A stretch of DNA of 64,000 nucleotides from Octopus sinensis (Eukaryota). Shown here in pieces: positions 45,900 through 59,845 of this stretch (its first letter is position 1; every line of letters begins with the position of its first letter). Location of the stretch: positions 47,802,001 through 47,866,000 of the forward strand of contig NC_043010.1 in the NCBI RefSeq assembly GCF_006345805.1. The letters run 5' to 3'. A program made the position numbers and the translations under genes. The notes under the pieces are model-generated. The model was not told the origin of the DNA. It saw only the letters and a program-made list of their open reading frames with translations, and did no database searches.

Positions 45900-47225
45900 A
45901 TCTGCAATGAGAGTTCATTCCTGCAGTGAGGAAAACCGTTTACTGATGGCAACTTTATCAAAGAAGTGTGTGATGGAAGCTGCAAATGACTTGTGTCCTG
46001 AGAAAGCTGATTTGTTTGGAAGTATCAGACTTTCAGCAAGTTCAGTTGTGTGGAGAACAGAACTTAGAACATGGTGCTACAGATACGCGATAAAGTTAGG
46101 AACTTCTTGCGGTATTCTCTGGCACTGGACCAGTTCACTGATCTCCCGAATACATCACAACTTCTCATATTCATTCGTGGTGTTAATTTGGACTTTCAGA
46201 TCACAGAAAAGTTGGTATCTGTTTGCAGCATGCATGGAACAGCTTTGATGTGTTACAGTTAATAGAAGAAAAAACATGGCTGGAGGGAAGAAGGGTCAGG
46301 TGGAGTAGATTAGGACTAAGTAGGAAGATCTTCAACTCTTAGGCATTCTGTTTATACACGGCATTATACATCAGCAAGCACTGTGGGAAAGACAAATATT
46401 TCTTGCATACTGAAACCAGTTTCTGCGGTGAACTTCATTCGGAGTCCAGCACTTAACGCCAGTTCCAGGATTTTCTTGAAGAAATTGATTCTGAATTCTG
46501 TGACTTGCCTTATCATAAAGCATTGAGGTGGCTCAAGCTCCAAAGAGAAATGGATATTTTACTCACCAAAAAGGATAAAGTTGATCCGTTTCTGTCAGAT
46601 CCTACCTGGCTGTTAAAGTTGTCATCACACCCCACATGAATGAATTGAACTAGAAACTTCATGGAAAGGATAACCTTATCTGTGATCTTTACAGAATCAT
46701 CAAAGGATTTCGAAGAAAGCTAACATTGAAGCACAACTGGAAGGAAACTTCTCTCATTTTCAGTGCTTCAAAGAATTTTGTGCTGGAATCATACTTTCTG
46801 AAGAAGATTATTCTTGACTTAAATGAGCTTTTTTTTTTTTTTTTGAGAGAGAGATTTTCAGAATTGAGAGTGAAATTCTGTTCCAGAATCCATTTGATTG
46901 TAACTTTGGTGACATACCAGTTGAACATTTGAAAGTAATTCTTTTGGTTGGATGCACCAATTCCAATTGATGATATCTTAAAAGCTAAACAAATCTCACT
47001 AACCTTTTTTGCAGTTTAGTTTGTGAGATTCAGATTTGTGCGCACTGTGTGTAATATAACTATCTTATTGCCCAAATAACCTTCTTTGATAACTTTTTGG
47101 TAAATAATTATGTTGGTTGTCTTTATTTTTTTGGTTATTCACCATATCGTATTGAACAAAATGGTTATGCAGCCCACACTTATTTTCTCAGCTATCCGGC
47201 CCACTGTGAAAAATGGTGACCCCTG
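45900..47225 (+). mobile_element. hAT transposon remnant (SPIN / GTF2IRD2-type transposase)
   Basis: Broken frames read AANDLCPEKADLF..IRLSA, YSLALDQFTDLPNTSQLLIFIRGV..SMHGT, RQFQDFLEEIDSEFCDLPYHKALRWL, KDNLICDLYRIIKGFRRKL. The right end cggccc...ggtgacccctg is hAT-like; no left TIR seen. Confidence 0.85.
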
Positions 47226-47635
47226 ATCTAGACTATAGAACTACCTTTCAATTGACAGATTTTTCTTCTCAATTGATTCATGTGTGTGAAAGAGAGAGGA
47301 AGGAGGGATGAAGAGAATTTAGGACTTCAAACATTGTAAGACTGAAAATAGCCAAACAATATACCTCCAGTCAACAAATCTTATTCATACTAAGTCATCT
47401 ATTTAAACAACCCCAGCTTCACTGTCAGTGTTCTTGTAACACACACCACCCCATAGACCACCTACAAATTACCATTATCAATATCATATCTCAAATCATA
47501 AACATTCTTCACCTGGTGCTCTATCTAGACCATCTATTTTTAATACTCTCTCTCTCTACTTAGAATAGTGTCAATCTGGGTTTTATTTCACTTGGTACAT
47601 TTCTAACTGGCTTGCAAGCTTTTCTAGAACTGGTA

Positions 47636-47674
<39 letters not shown>

Positions 47675-49404
47675 TGTGTGGTTAGGGAGTTTCGGGTTCA
47701 TTCCCACTGCGTGGCACTTGGGCAGGTGTCTTCTACTATAACCCCGAGCCAACCGAAGCTTTGTGATTGAATTCGGTAGGTGGAAGTTACTACCGTGTGT
47801 GTATGTGTGCATGTAGGTGCTCAGTGCCTCTCCGAAAGAGAGAGAGAGTGGATAGCCAGATCATTTCGTATTAGAAGAATTGGTTGATGTATGCAAAAGA
47901 TGAGAGGAATGAAGAGATGATAAAAAGAATGGATTGAGGAAGAGGGTGTAGGGTGTCTGGTATAGACAAAGAAAAAGTAGACTAAAAAAAAAAGAAACCC
48001 ACATTACAAGAAATAGCTTTACTTTAAAATACTAAGTGACAAAATGAGCAAGGTAGCACTATAAAAGTTATTTAAATCCTACAACCTAGTACATCAATCA
48101 GATATGTAAATCCTACACCTACTGTGTTTCTAGAGCTACCTTCCACTTGAAGGCTCCATTTCCATGTTATATATCTAAGACAAGTTGTCCTGTAAGATTT
48201 GTCCTTCTTTGGATAATATTCATTGGAGAGTCTGAAGTCAGAACTTTAAATTGTAATACTTGTCAATTAGAAAATGCCTTCACCACTCACATCTCCAGGA
48301 TGCATATCTATGACACTCACAACTGGATGGATCTCAGTATATTCAAAAATCTTGAGAAGCACTGATAAGATACAAATTATTGAGCCTTCTGCCAAAATGA
48401 ATGAAGTAAGGTAATCAGAGAAAATGTCAGGATGGAAGCTAAGTCTTTTCGTTAGTACATATTTAATTCTAATTCACTGTATTAAATGTTTACACTAATT
48501 TAACTTTTCGTGAGTATGACATCACTCATTTATTCTCAAAACAATTCAATTTTTTTTATGTCAACTAATATATAATTTTGTACATTTACTTAGTTGTCTT
48601 ATCACCACTTCAACAAGTATGGTGATAAGACCAAAACATGCTGATAAAAACGAAAAAATATTTTAGTCATTTGACTGGGTTTCTTTTTTTTTTTCTTTTT
48701 TTTTTTTACCTTACCAAATAATTATTTCTAGTTGGTTTATAATGATCTCTTCATAAATTACATTTATACAAGGGCAGTTAGTTCACACTATCCTAGCAGA
48801 AAAACAAATGAATTGAGAACCAATTCAAGCATGTGCAAGTACTTAATAAAAGCAAAATGAAGTTACTAGTGAACCAAGCTAGCAACTAAATTTCTGTTCT
48901 CCTTTGAGCAATTTCACTCGACATAGTTGTCTTTCACATAAAGTGAGATGCACGCCAATAGGGTGACTGACTTTTAACATTGCATGAAAGAAGCCTTTCA
49001 TACATGGCCTAACAATGCTACTACTAAGAACTTCTAGAACATTCTCATCATTAAGAACTCATTTAAAGTTTTTTTTTTTTCTTTTCTTTTACAATATAAT
49101 TTTCCCCTCTTCAAAATTCAAGAATCTGAAAAGGAGGAAGTTACAAAAATACTACTGACTTAAAAAAAAAAAAAAAAAAAAAGCAACGTAAAGATAATTT
49201 AGTGTATAACCATGCCTATAGATTATTGGAATTACAGTTAAAAACCATTATTTTATTATTCTTTTAATGGATATAGTCATGGGCTGTAGCCATGCTGAGG
49301 GATTGCCATTCAAATACTTGGTTTGTTGTTCATATTATCAAGTGAATATGTATACCAAATTACATCTTTTTCACCACACAAATATACATAATACGTGTAT
49401 GTGT

Positions 49405-49780
49405 TATTTTTTACTTGTCTCAGTCATTAGACTGCAGCCATGCAGGGGCCCTGGAGAATTTTTTAGGTGATTGAATCAACCCTAGTACTTATTTTTTTAA
49501 AGCCTGGTACTTACTCTTTTGGTTTTTGCCAAACTGCTAAGTTACAGGCATGTAAATACACCAGCGCCAGTTGTCAAGTAGTGGTGGCAGACAAACACAG
49601 ACACACACATATATATCATGAGCTTCTTTCAGTTTTCGTCAACCAAATACACTCACAAGGATTTGGCTGACCTGAGACTATAGTAGAAGACACTTGCTCA
49701 AGGTGCCACACAGTGGGACTGAACCTGGAAGCATGTGGTTGGGAAGCAAGCTTCTTACCACACAGCTACACCTGTGCACA
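49405..49780 (-). mobile_element. SINE family A
   Basis: Full-length reverse complement match. Confidence 0.85.
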
Positions 49781-50529
49781 CACCATTTAAATGTCCATAT
49801 TTCACTGGCTTGAGTTGGACAGTGGAACAAAACCTGATTAGCAAAAGGGCTGCATTGGACTCCAATGTCTATTTCTATGCTTGGATACCCTTCCTAATGC
49901 CAACCACCTAACAGAGTGTACTACAGAGTGTCTTTTTTTTTTCTTTTTCATGGTACCAACACAAATGAGGTCACCAAGTAACTTGAAAAACAATGACACT
50001 TTGATGGAGTAGGGGTTCAAAACTGAGGGAGGAAGCTTTGTGTCAGATGTTGAGAAACTAAAATATAATAGAAAGGAGAGGAATAGAAGTCTTGCTGTAG
50101 AAGAGATACATGATAACCTCAGGAGGAAAGGGGGAAAGAATGGTGAAAATGAGATATCAGGACATATACAACGGCTTCCACTCAGTTTCTAAGTACTAAA
50201 TCTTATTCAAGGTTTTGGTCAACCCAAAGCTATAGTGAAAGGCAAATGTCTAAGATATTGTATACTGGGATTGAACCTAACTCAAGCTTTCAATATATAT
50301 TTATGATTCATTGCTTATATTAATGATCATTTCTTTAAGAATGCACAATTCACAGTAGCACTAATGCATCAATATCTTTAACACTCCTCTGATGGTGGCT
50401 ACAAGTATGATGAAGCATTCCAGGTGCCATTCTATAGAAGCCTCCCTCACTACTTTCATTCTAAAGACAAGAAATTTTTCATGGGTATAGAGAATATATA
50501 TATGTAAAACTTACAATCATTTTATTATT

Positions 50530-50885
50530 GGCACATGCATGGCTGTGTGGTAAGAAGTTTGCTTCCCAACCACATGGTTTCAGGTTCAGTCCCACAGCAT
50601 GCCACCATGGGCTGACCAAAAGCTTGTGAGTGGATTTTATAAATGGAAACTGAAAGAAGCCCCATTATGTGTGTGTGTGTGTGTATGTGTGCGTGTTTGT
50701 GCCTCTCCCACCATTGACAACCAGTGTTGGTGTGTTTACATCCTCATAACTTAGCAGTTTGGCAGAAGAGACCAATAGAATAAGTATCAGGCTTAAAAAA
50801 AAAAGTACTGGATTCAATTTATGTAACTAAAAATGTTTTCAAGATGGCGCCCCAGTCTAATGAGCGAAACAAGATAAAAGAATTA
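50530..50885 (+). mobile_element. SINE family A
   Basis: Full-length match. Confidence 0.85.
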
Positions 50886-51333
50886 TGCTTTTATAAGACA
50901 TGGGCTAATAAACAAAGAGTTCTTAACAAAGCAGAGAGCCAATGAGTTAACAGAAAACAAAATCCAGCTACAAGAAATGATTTAGTGATTATCCTTTGTA
51001 AACATCAATTTTACATATCTAGTGATAGTTATGAAAACATTAACATTCTATCAAGAAGCAATGCTTACAAATCTTTTGTTTCTGAAAATTGATGCAGCTG
51101 TTTCAATGTTTGTATTTCAGGTAATTTCTAGCTTTGAAGTATTGATTTTTGTCTGTCATAAAAAGATACTTTCTTTAAATATAGTAAATAAATAAACGAG
51201 ATCTACTGTTGAAAACAAAGACCTGCTTAATATCCAAGACATTCTCACAAGACAATGAGAAAATCATGCGGTCATTCAACCTCCTAGAAACAGCAGCTAA
51301 ATCTACCTCAAATCACACCCTACAGTCTTAAAA

Positions 51334-51551
51334 CCCATTTGTTACCATATTTCTGTTGAACTATATTGCATTTGTTTCGATTAATTTTGAAAATAATAGT
51401 TTAGAAAAAAATATCTTGGTCATTACAAAGGTGGTAATTGGAACATAAATTAACAAGGATTTTAATGGGAAATTTTAATTTAGATCACTTTATATAGAAA
51501 ATTTGTATCATCATAGCAGGGTGGTCTTGGGCAGGTTGGTATCAAAAGAGT
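51334..51551. mobile_element. TTAA-type MITE (third variant)
   Basis: cccatttgttaccatatttctg ... ggttggtatcaaaagagtttaa; a related terminal piece lies at about 2905..2970. Confidence 0.5.
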
Positions 51552-51899
51552 TTAAAAAAAAAAAAACATAGCTAGATTTCTAGATTAAGATGAGATGGCC
51601 ACAACAGGAATATCTTTCATCTTATGTTAGCTTAATCAGAACGGCTTAGAACAAAAATCAGTTTCATTTTTCTTTTTCTGTGGTATAGGGACAAACTACC
51701 TATCATAAATATTCATGTCATTTTCAAAATGTAATTACAATTTAGGTTTAAGAACTTAAGAACTATCAAAAACTATACAAACCATATGCAAATGGAAGGT
51801 TGCAAACCAAATAAACAGCTTTATAAGAGTAGCTTTGTACACTATAAAAAAAAACTTTCAGGAGCAAATAATATAATTACCATAAAACTTGTAACTCAT

Positions 51900-52255
51900 A
51901 TCTCTTGCTTGATTCAGTCATTACTGCAGCCATGTTGAGGCACAGCCTTGAAGAATTTTTTGTCAAATGTAGTGACCACAGTACTTATCTTTTTTAAAGA
52001 CTGGTACTTATTCTATTGGTCTCTTTTGCCGAACTGCTAAGTTATGGAGACATAAACACACCTGCACTGGTTGTCAAGCAGTGCGGGGGCAGCATCAGCT
52101 TCTTTCAGTTTCTGTTTACCAAATCCACTCACAAGGGGTTGGTCAGTCCAAGGTTATAGTAGAAGACACTTGTCCAAGGTGTCATGCAGTGAGACTGAAC
52201 CCCAAACCAAGTGGTTGGGAAACAAGCTTCTTACCACAGAGCCATACCCGTGCCT
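51900..52255 (-). mobile_element. SINE family A
   Basis: Full-length reverse complement match. Confidence 0.85.
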
Positions 52256-52939
52256 ATGTAGTTTTGTTTTTTCAAACACAAAAGTATAATTAGGAATGCA
52301 CAACATAAAATACACGGTATTACACTGTAAAGACGTTCTCGCCCACTTTCGTTATAAAATGAAATCTAACAGATCACCTACACTTGTAGTTGTGTTTATA
52401 ACTATGCTATATATGGTACTGTGGCCCTTTTAAGACAATTTACATTCCAAAATAAAGCTGTGGATTATAATGTATTCATAGACATTTACAACTGTTATCC
52501 ATTCAGTTGGTGACAGTAAATTGTTTTTTCTTTTTGTTTTTTAAGTGTGATATGTTGGGCACAGGCACTACATCTGCTTTTTGAGAAGTGGGCTGCATCA
52601 TCATCATCAAGTGGGCCACACTACTAAAAGAATTCAAGGTAAATTTTCATCAGGTATACCACACATGCAGGAAGTCCCACACTAAATAAATCTTCATAGA
52701 ACTGAACCTAGATTCAATGGCAGAGATATATGGTAATGAAGATAATGGTCAGCAGTTATTGAAATGCAGCACTACCCAATATCAGTCTTCACAAGGTTAA
52801 AAAAATTTTTTTTTAATTTTAGCCAGCCTTCAATGACCTTAGAGAAGAAAGGGGCTGCCCCCCCCCCCCCCCACCACCACCAACCTCCAGAAAAAATAAA
52901 ACTTACTAAACTAGAATCTTTCTTGCTGACATCAAGCTA

Positions 52940-53305
52940 GCAAGACCCTTGCTTCCCAACCACATGGTCCCAGGTTCAGTCCCACTGTATGGTACCTTGG
53001 CCAAATGTCTTCTACAATACCCTTGGGCTGACTAAATAAAGCCTTTGAGTGAATTTGGTAGATGGAAACTAAAAAAAGCCTGTCATACGTGTGGAGGGTG
53101 CCTGTCACCCACCACCACTTGACAACCAGTGTTGGTTTGTTTATGTCCCCATAACTTAGTTCAGCAAAAGAGACCAATAGACTAAGTACCAGGCTTTAAA
53201 AAAAGAAGTACAGGGGTTGATTAGTTCAACCAAAAACTCTTCAAGGCAGTGTGGTGCCCTAGCACGGGCACAGTCTAATGACTGAAACAAGTAAAAGATA
53301 AAAGG
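52940..53305 (+). mobile_element. SINE family A
   Basis: Near full-length match. Confidence 0.85.
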
Positions 53306-54089
53306 TAACATTAAATGGTATTAAAAAGCAAATGTTTATATGATAAACAACCTCATATGAAGACCAATGGTAGATATACATTTTCAAACAGGAAATTTGG
53401 AAACCTGTGCAAAATAATACTCTTGCTTTAATAAATAAATAATGCAAAGAAGAGTGCATAAGTGGGCCAGGGTGAAAATATGAGCTGAAGCCAATGTAGT
53501 AATAGAAAAGACAAAAGAAACAGAGTTTCTACTGAGCAAGTAGTTGTAACAGGTTGGTGAACAAGTCTTTGTCAATCAGACATTTTGTCTGAATTAGAAG
53601 CAGGGGATGATGAGAAAGTTTTTATCTAACAAAGTACCAGCACATGTGTAAACAGTACTCTGACATGAATTGAGCCCCTTTACAGATTATTGACAAATTT
53701 GAGTAGTAACATCAAAGTATTCGCTAACCCTGGAGAGGCAGCCTAGTCTTTGGAAAGCAGATTTAGCAAAATAATTTGCACTCTGAAATGTGGAACAATA
53801 TCATATCAGAAAGATAAATAAATAAAAATGAAAAGACTAAACAACTTTGCACAGAAGAAAAAAAAAAGTATTTCAAAATCTTTCTACTGATATATTAGCC
53901 AACAGTAAAAATAAGCATTTGCAGTTCAAAGGTTGGAATTTAGCCACAAGACTCAATAATTAGGCTGATATGGTTTCAAAATAATACCAGTGGTGGGGTG
54001 CTCAATAAGTAAATAATTAGAGTCTCAAACTAACACTTCCACAACCAGTCCATTCTTAACAAAAATATACAAAAGTATAAATTAAATTT

Positions 54090-54125
<36 letters not shown>

Positions 54126-57100
54126 ATATATATGTAAAGGAGCCTTTGAAATTAAGTTACTTTCCTATCCCATTTTTAATGTCTAACTTATTTCTCAATG
54201 CAATTTTATTAATATTGTTTCAATCTTTTAGCCTGCAATACTATGATAATGCTGAAAATAAAAAATACAGTACCCAATTAAGCAAACGTTGCCCATGCTT
54301 GTTATAATGCCATTACATTTGTCATATTGCCCAAGAACAGATTAGATTGAGACAGCTGCACTGTTGTTTGCTTTAAGGTTGGAGGTGTAAAGCAGAGTTG
54401 TTGCTAAATACTTGAGATTACATCAAAGTACATAACACACACAAATAAATACACAAGCACTGAACTCTACTCTATTCACATGAACCATGTATAATAATCC
54501 CATTTAAGCAGAAAATGTTAATATAATAATAATGTTCTCAAAATGTTGATACAACAAATTATCTAAAGTATATAGTAGCACTGATTGTAAAACTGATTAT
54601 TATTGTTATGTCAACCTGGTCTCAACAAACAATGAGACACTGAGATACCACTTAGGGCACAATACAATGCTGAACTAAGAATCAATTTCTTTGTGTTTAA
54701 AAGGCTTCAGCATATCTTTATGGAATAAATACTTAGGTGTATATATATATGGATGTGCATTTTGGCTTTACTAAATAGACTGTTCTAAAATCATATTTTA
54801 ACACCTGTTTTCCATGCTGGCATGAGCTGGATGGTTTGACCAGAGCTGGCAAGCAAGAGAGCTGCACCAGGTTCCTGTCTGATTTGGCTTGGTTTCTATG
54901 ATTGGATGCTCTTCCTAATGCCAACCACTTTACAGTGTGTGCTGGATGCTTTTAAATAAACATGTTAAATAAGAATATTAATTAACAGGAGTAATCTCAA
55001 ACAACCTAAGCAGCACACATTCAATGAAATAACTCACAATGTACTTTACTCTTCACAAGAAACTGATGAAGAACAATACCACAAACAACTCCAACTCAAA
55101 GCTGATGTAGCAAACAAATATTTCTACATCCCACAAAAGACAAGGCCACACACCTTTGAAAGATGGAGATGCAACTGGTAGTGAAGTAGAAAACCTTGTG
55201 AAACTTTAAAATATAAAGTAGAGCATCAAATTAAATACAAGACAGTATTTAGTTTTACATTATCTCATTCTGAGATCAAATTCCAAGGTAGACCACTTGG
55301 CTACAATGCCTTTTAGTACTTAATTCCACCCCTCAACAATCAACTTTTTAAAAATTCTTTTATGGGGTTGGAGTCCAATAAAATTTAGTTCTAGGCATGT
55401 ACTGAGTTTCATTCCCCTAATTACGCCCCTCACATTGTAGCAATTATAAGGCATCAATATGCTGGAGTTGATTTAAATAGTTTAATAATAATTACTTTTG
55501 ATTAGACAGAAGACTAAATTGTTTCCCATTCTTTTATATTAGCTTGATCACCGCACTAGTGAAGTAAAAGTGATACCAATTTTTCAGTAAAGCAGACTGA
55601 AGCCAATCTCCTCACTCTTGTTTATGGACATAATACTGGCTGTAGCAATGTTTGAACTGAGAGACTATATATATACAGCTAAAACACTTTAGAGCAAGAT
55701 TAGTTTCATTTTGAAAATTATCTTAAGTTATGCAAAAACACTGATGAAGTGGATCACATGAGATATTGTGATTTTTTTTTCTAAATATAAAAATTGATAA
55801 TAGTATTACCACAATGAGGCTAAAATTTAGGCCAATAATTGTTCTGTAAAGTTTCCATTTTAAGGAACAAGAGGCACTCAAAATTAAGAAGGTCAGCTAC
55901 ACTGTAACATGGAACATCAAAATTATAAAATGACTAAGAAATAAGATTTAGGTGCAGTTCTTAGATAAGTTAGGAACAAAACCAAAAAAGACAATGCATG
56001 CCTTGCAAGAGAGATTCTAACTCCCATTCAAAGTACCTTAGTCGATTAGTATTCACATTATTCTGTCAAAAGTAATTCTTATTTATTCTCAGTGGTGTGA
56101 ATTAATAATGCATTATCTTGTAGCTATGAGGTTTTGATATGGTAACAATTTTTTAGAATGATATTGTAGGGTTGGTGTGAGAGGCCAGATGTGGCCAGTT
56201 TGAACATAAAACATGGAGAATATTTTGGCTGGTTTAAATGCTAAAAGGTTAATGTTTTGCACAATGGTCATATTTTAGACTTTGCTGACTTGTGAGAGAG
56301 TACAAAAGTTAAAAGCTTGCAAAAGTTTCTGTAAGTAGTAAAGTTATGATGTTTATGCTTCTCTCAACAGAATTTAGGGATGCAAATGAACTGAGCACTT
56401 GGTTCAACAACCACATACTTTGGATTGTATACATTAGCACTCATAAACAGGAGAGCCAATCTTCTTGAATTTAGAAAATAAATGTACTTCCTGATTACAG
56501 AAAAATTATCTTTGTGACCATGAATACAAGCCTGTACTGTTCAGGAAAGAGTATGTGATAATTGTTTGCTTCATTCAGGCAGAAGACAAGCACCTATCCC
56601 ATTTTAAAAATCATGCTCAGCAATAGGATGAGACAAGTTCAGCTGTAAAAACATTTGCTCAGAATATATAAAAATGTCCAAAATTACAAGAGACAGTTCT
56701 GTTTAAGAGCAAAAAAATTCCATATCCTTGACCCTAAAATAATACTCTTTATAAACAGAGATAAATAAAAAACGGTCATCATCATCAGCTGTTATAGTAC
56801 CTCATCAAAGCCATATTTTTAACAGACCTGAAAAACAGATGAGAGTAACAATTCTTGGTCGGTATTAAAGATTTTAACACTAAGAAGTAATTATCTATCA
56901 TCAATACACAAGTTTAAATAACAAAAACAACTCCGTACAAAGGGAGTGGGTAACAAAAAATTAACAAATTATTACTTTAACTCTTTGCTTGTCGAAAGCA
57001 TTTTCATAAGTTTGCCCTAAACGACCATGCTTGCATTTAAATTTTAATTAGCCTTTTGATTCATATGTTTTGAGTAATATAAAGTTTTCCTTTCACAAGT

Positions 57101-58139
57101 CATAATTTACTCTGGTGGTTGAAAAGAATTGGGAATGTCAAGGAAATATGTCTTGTGTATCACATTTGATATACAGGACAAAGTGTTAATATGTTCTTTA
57201 AAATTTTGGAGTCTGCTATGTAAACATCATCAGAGATCGTATTTATTTCTTCTTTATTTCATAGCTATCTGAAAATTTTAAAATAGTTAATCACCTAATA
57301 ACTTGCCAAGTCAAGTTGTGCAATATAGGAAATAATATTCATTTTAGATGTTCCTCAATTGAATGATTTGTACCAACAAGAGTTAAATAACTTACTCAAA
57401 GACTTAACTATAGCAACCAGTGATGAAATATTGAAAAAAAAATCATAAGCTAATGGCTTGTTTACTCTGCCATTTCAGAAATTCCACAAGTCATGCACTT
57501 TACCACAAAGTAGTTCTTTTCAAGCTTGTAAACAATGCTCAACAGTGACAAACAGAAATTGTTTTAACATACTTTTAAGTGTATTTAAATTCATTTTCAT
57601 TGTAAGGGATAGTCGATATATTTTTCTAAATAGTCCAAATATTAAAAAGGTAACAAACTACCAATACTTCTAGAGTAGCATCCAGCTTTGCTTGAATTTG
57701 GTCTATATACCTTACATCAAATGCTTTAACAAAACTTGTACAAAAAAATTAGCACAAAAATACCAATAATCATCTAAACCAGTCATATCCAGCCAAAATA
57801 ATTCTTTTTATGTTTTATGTTCAAATCAACCAGATCTGACCTCTCACATCTATCATACAATGTCATTCTAAAAATAAACAATCACTTCACTGAAATCTTA
57901 AAGCTACAAGATAATGCATGATTAATTCAAAACAATGTGAATAAATAAGCATTATATTTGACAAAGTAATTTGAATGCTAAAGGGTTAAAGTGATTTAGA
58001 AATAGTAAAAGGAGAGGGACTTTGAACAAGCATTTACAAAAGTTTAATATGGAACTCGACCTTACTCAATACAATGAAAAACAAAGAAAATAATAACTGA
58101 AAATGAGTTCAAGGGCTAAACAACAATAGACTAACTAGT

Positions 58140-58215
58140 AATAGAGTGTCAAGTGGATAAAGCATTGGACTACCAACTCATGGGGTATTTGTTCAAATTC
58201 AGTGAAGGCCTTTAA
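58140..58215 (+). other. Decayed tRNA-like sequence (A box and B box remnants)
   Basis: gtgtcaagtggataaagcattggactacc...gttcaaattc resembles a tRNA or SINE head; no intact cloverleaf. Confidence 0.3.
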
Positions 58216-59635
58216 TTGTATTTCTGGACAAAATATAATTCTGTGTAATTCTGCAGGAGTTTTGTTGGGCTTATCAGAACCCTATTTTACATGACAGAAG
58301 CATATGTAACAGGTTTTTTCATTATATAAAAGAATTTTATTTGGGAGAGAGTTACTTTACACTGCAAAATCAAGAATTAAATATTTCTATAATATCTGGA
58401 GCTTATCTGACAAAGCAAAAAATGTGTGTGTGTGTGTGAGGGAAAAAAATAATTGCCCTAAAGATGTTAGCATTTTATATAAAAGAAAATATATATGCAT
58501 TACAATAGAGCCTTCTTAAACATGTGGTTAAAACACTTCAAATTTTGGTATATACTGGTGTGTATATGTGGGTCTCCTGGTCTTGAAATATTGTAGTTGT
58601 AAATGTGTGTCAGTGTCATACATTTTCAATATTCCGTGAAAACATGTCTGGCCATGTGGAAATGTTACCTTGCTTGGAAAAAAGGTGGGGGTTGGCAATA
58701 TGAAGGGCATCATTTGACCATAGAAAATCTGGCGCAATAAATTGTCTGACCCATGCAAACATGAAAACGTAGATGTTAAAACATTAATTTTCCCAGCTAT
58801 CAAAATATGCAAATAATGTTAAAGACTTATGATGATGATGAGCAGCAGCAACAGCAGAAATACAATAAAAATTTAAGTTGAACTGTGGGTAGATGCTAAG
58901 ACAGGGGTAACTGCAGCACAAAACGCCAGTTTTTGTTACACTTTAGCGTTAGTTTCAGATTGGCTTATAAAAGAACAAAACTAACCTTGCTTCTTAAGTT
59001 TCACACTTTTGCACATACCAAATAAGATTTAGGCTGTTGTATAATAATTCCATTTATATAATCCTCTTAAACAGGGTGATGAACAGACAATCTACATACA
59101 CTACAGGCAATACATTTTTATCTACAAAGAAACTTACAAAAAACAGAAAATCTTTTGTAAATCTATCTACCAGCTAGAAAATCCTGAAACTTGTTACATG
59201 CAGCAATCGTATATTTGGTGCTATAAAACACGATTTGAGAACATACTCATGTTTAGATCTGAAGACATTGCACCCAACAATATGAAAACATGTAATTCGA
59301 GTTTTAGATTCCCACCTACATGCAGACACACGTTTCCACTTAACACACCAACTTCCTTGTTTCTCTATCCATGAAAAACTAATCAAAATTTAAGTAAAAG
59401 CCAGTGATGGAGATATGGAAAACAGCTATGAGCCACACTTTTAATCTTACAGAATTCAAAGACTAGTATTTCTGAACTGACACATGGTCTTGCAATGGCT
59501 GTTATCATATGTAATTAACCTGGCTTCTTAAATTGAAGGCTCTGATATGCTACATTTCTAAATTTCTGTGATTTTTTTTTTTTTATTTACTTCATCACTG
59601 CTATCTTATCTTTTCTTTTTTCCAGATAATCCCAA

Positions 59636-59845
59636 TGCTGAAAAGTTTCTGGCTTTCGGTAAAAGATAATACAGGATGATCAGTTAATTATGATTTTATT
59701 CAACATATTCCCCTCTCAGATTCACACACTTATTGCAATGGTCCTTCAGTTTTTCTAAGCCCTGCAAAAGAATTTGAAAGGTTGGGCCTCCAACCAGGGC
59801 TTTCGCAATACCCTTTAAAACTAAGAACTTTTCCGTACCCCCTCA
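59636..59845 (-). mobile_element. Mariner-derived MITE, same family as 30516..30726
   Basis: Reverse-complement match over the full length. Confidence 0.7.

Noticed and set aside
56340-56630. Cluster of plus-strand splice-like sites
   Set aside because: The implied intron is only 28 nt and the frames close quickly.
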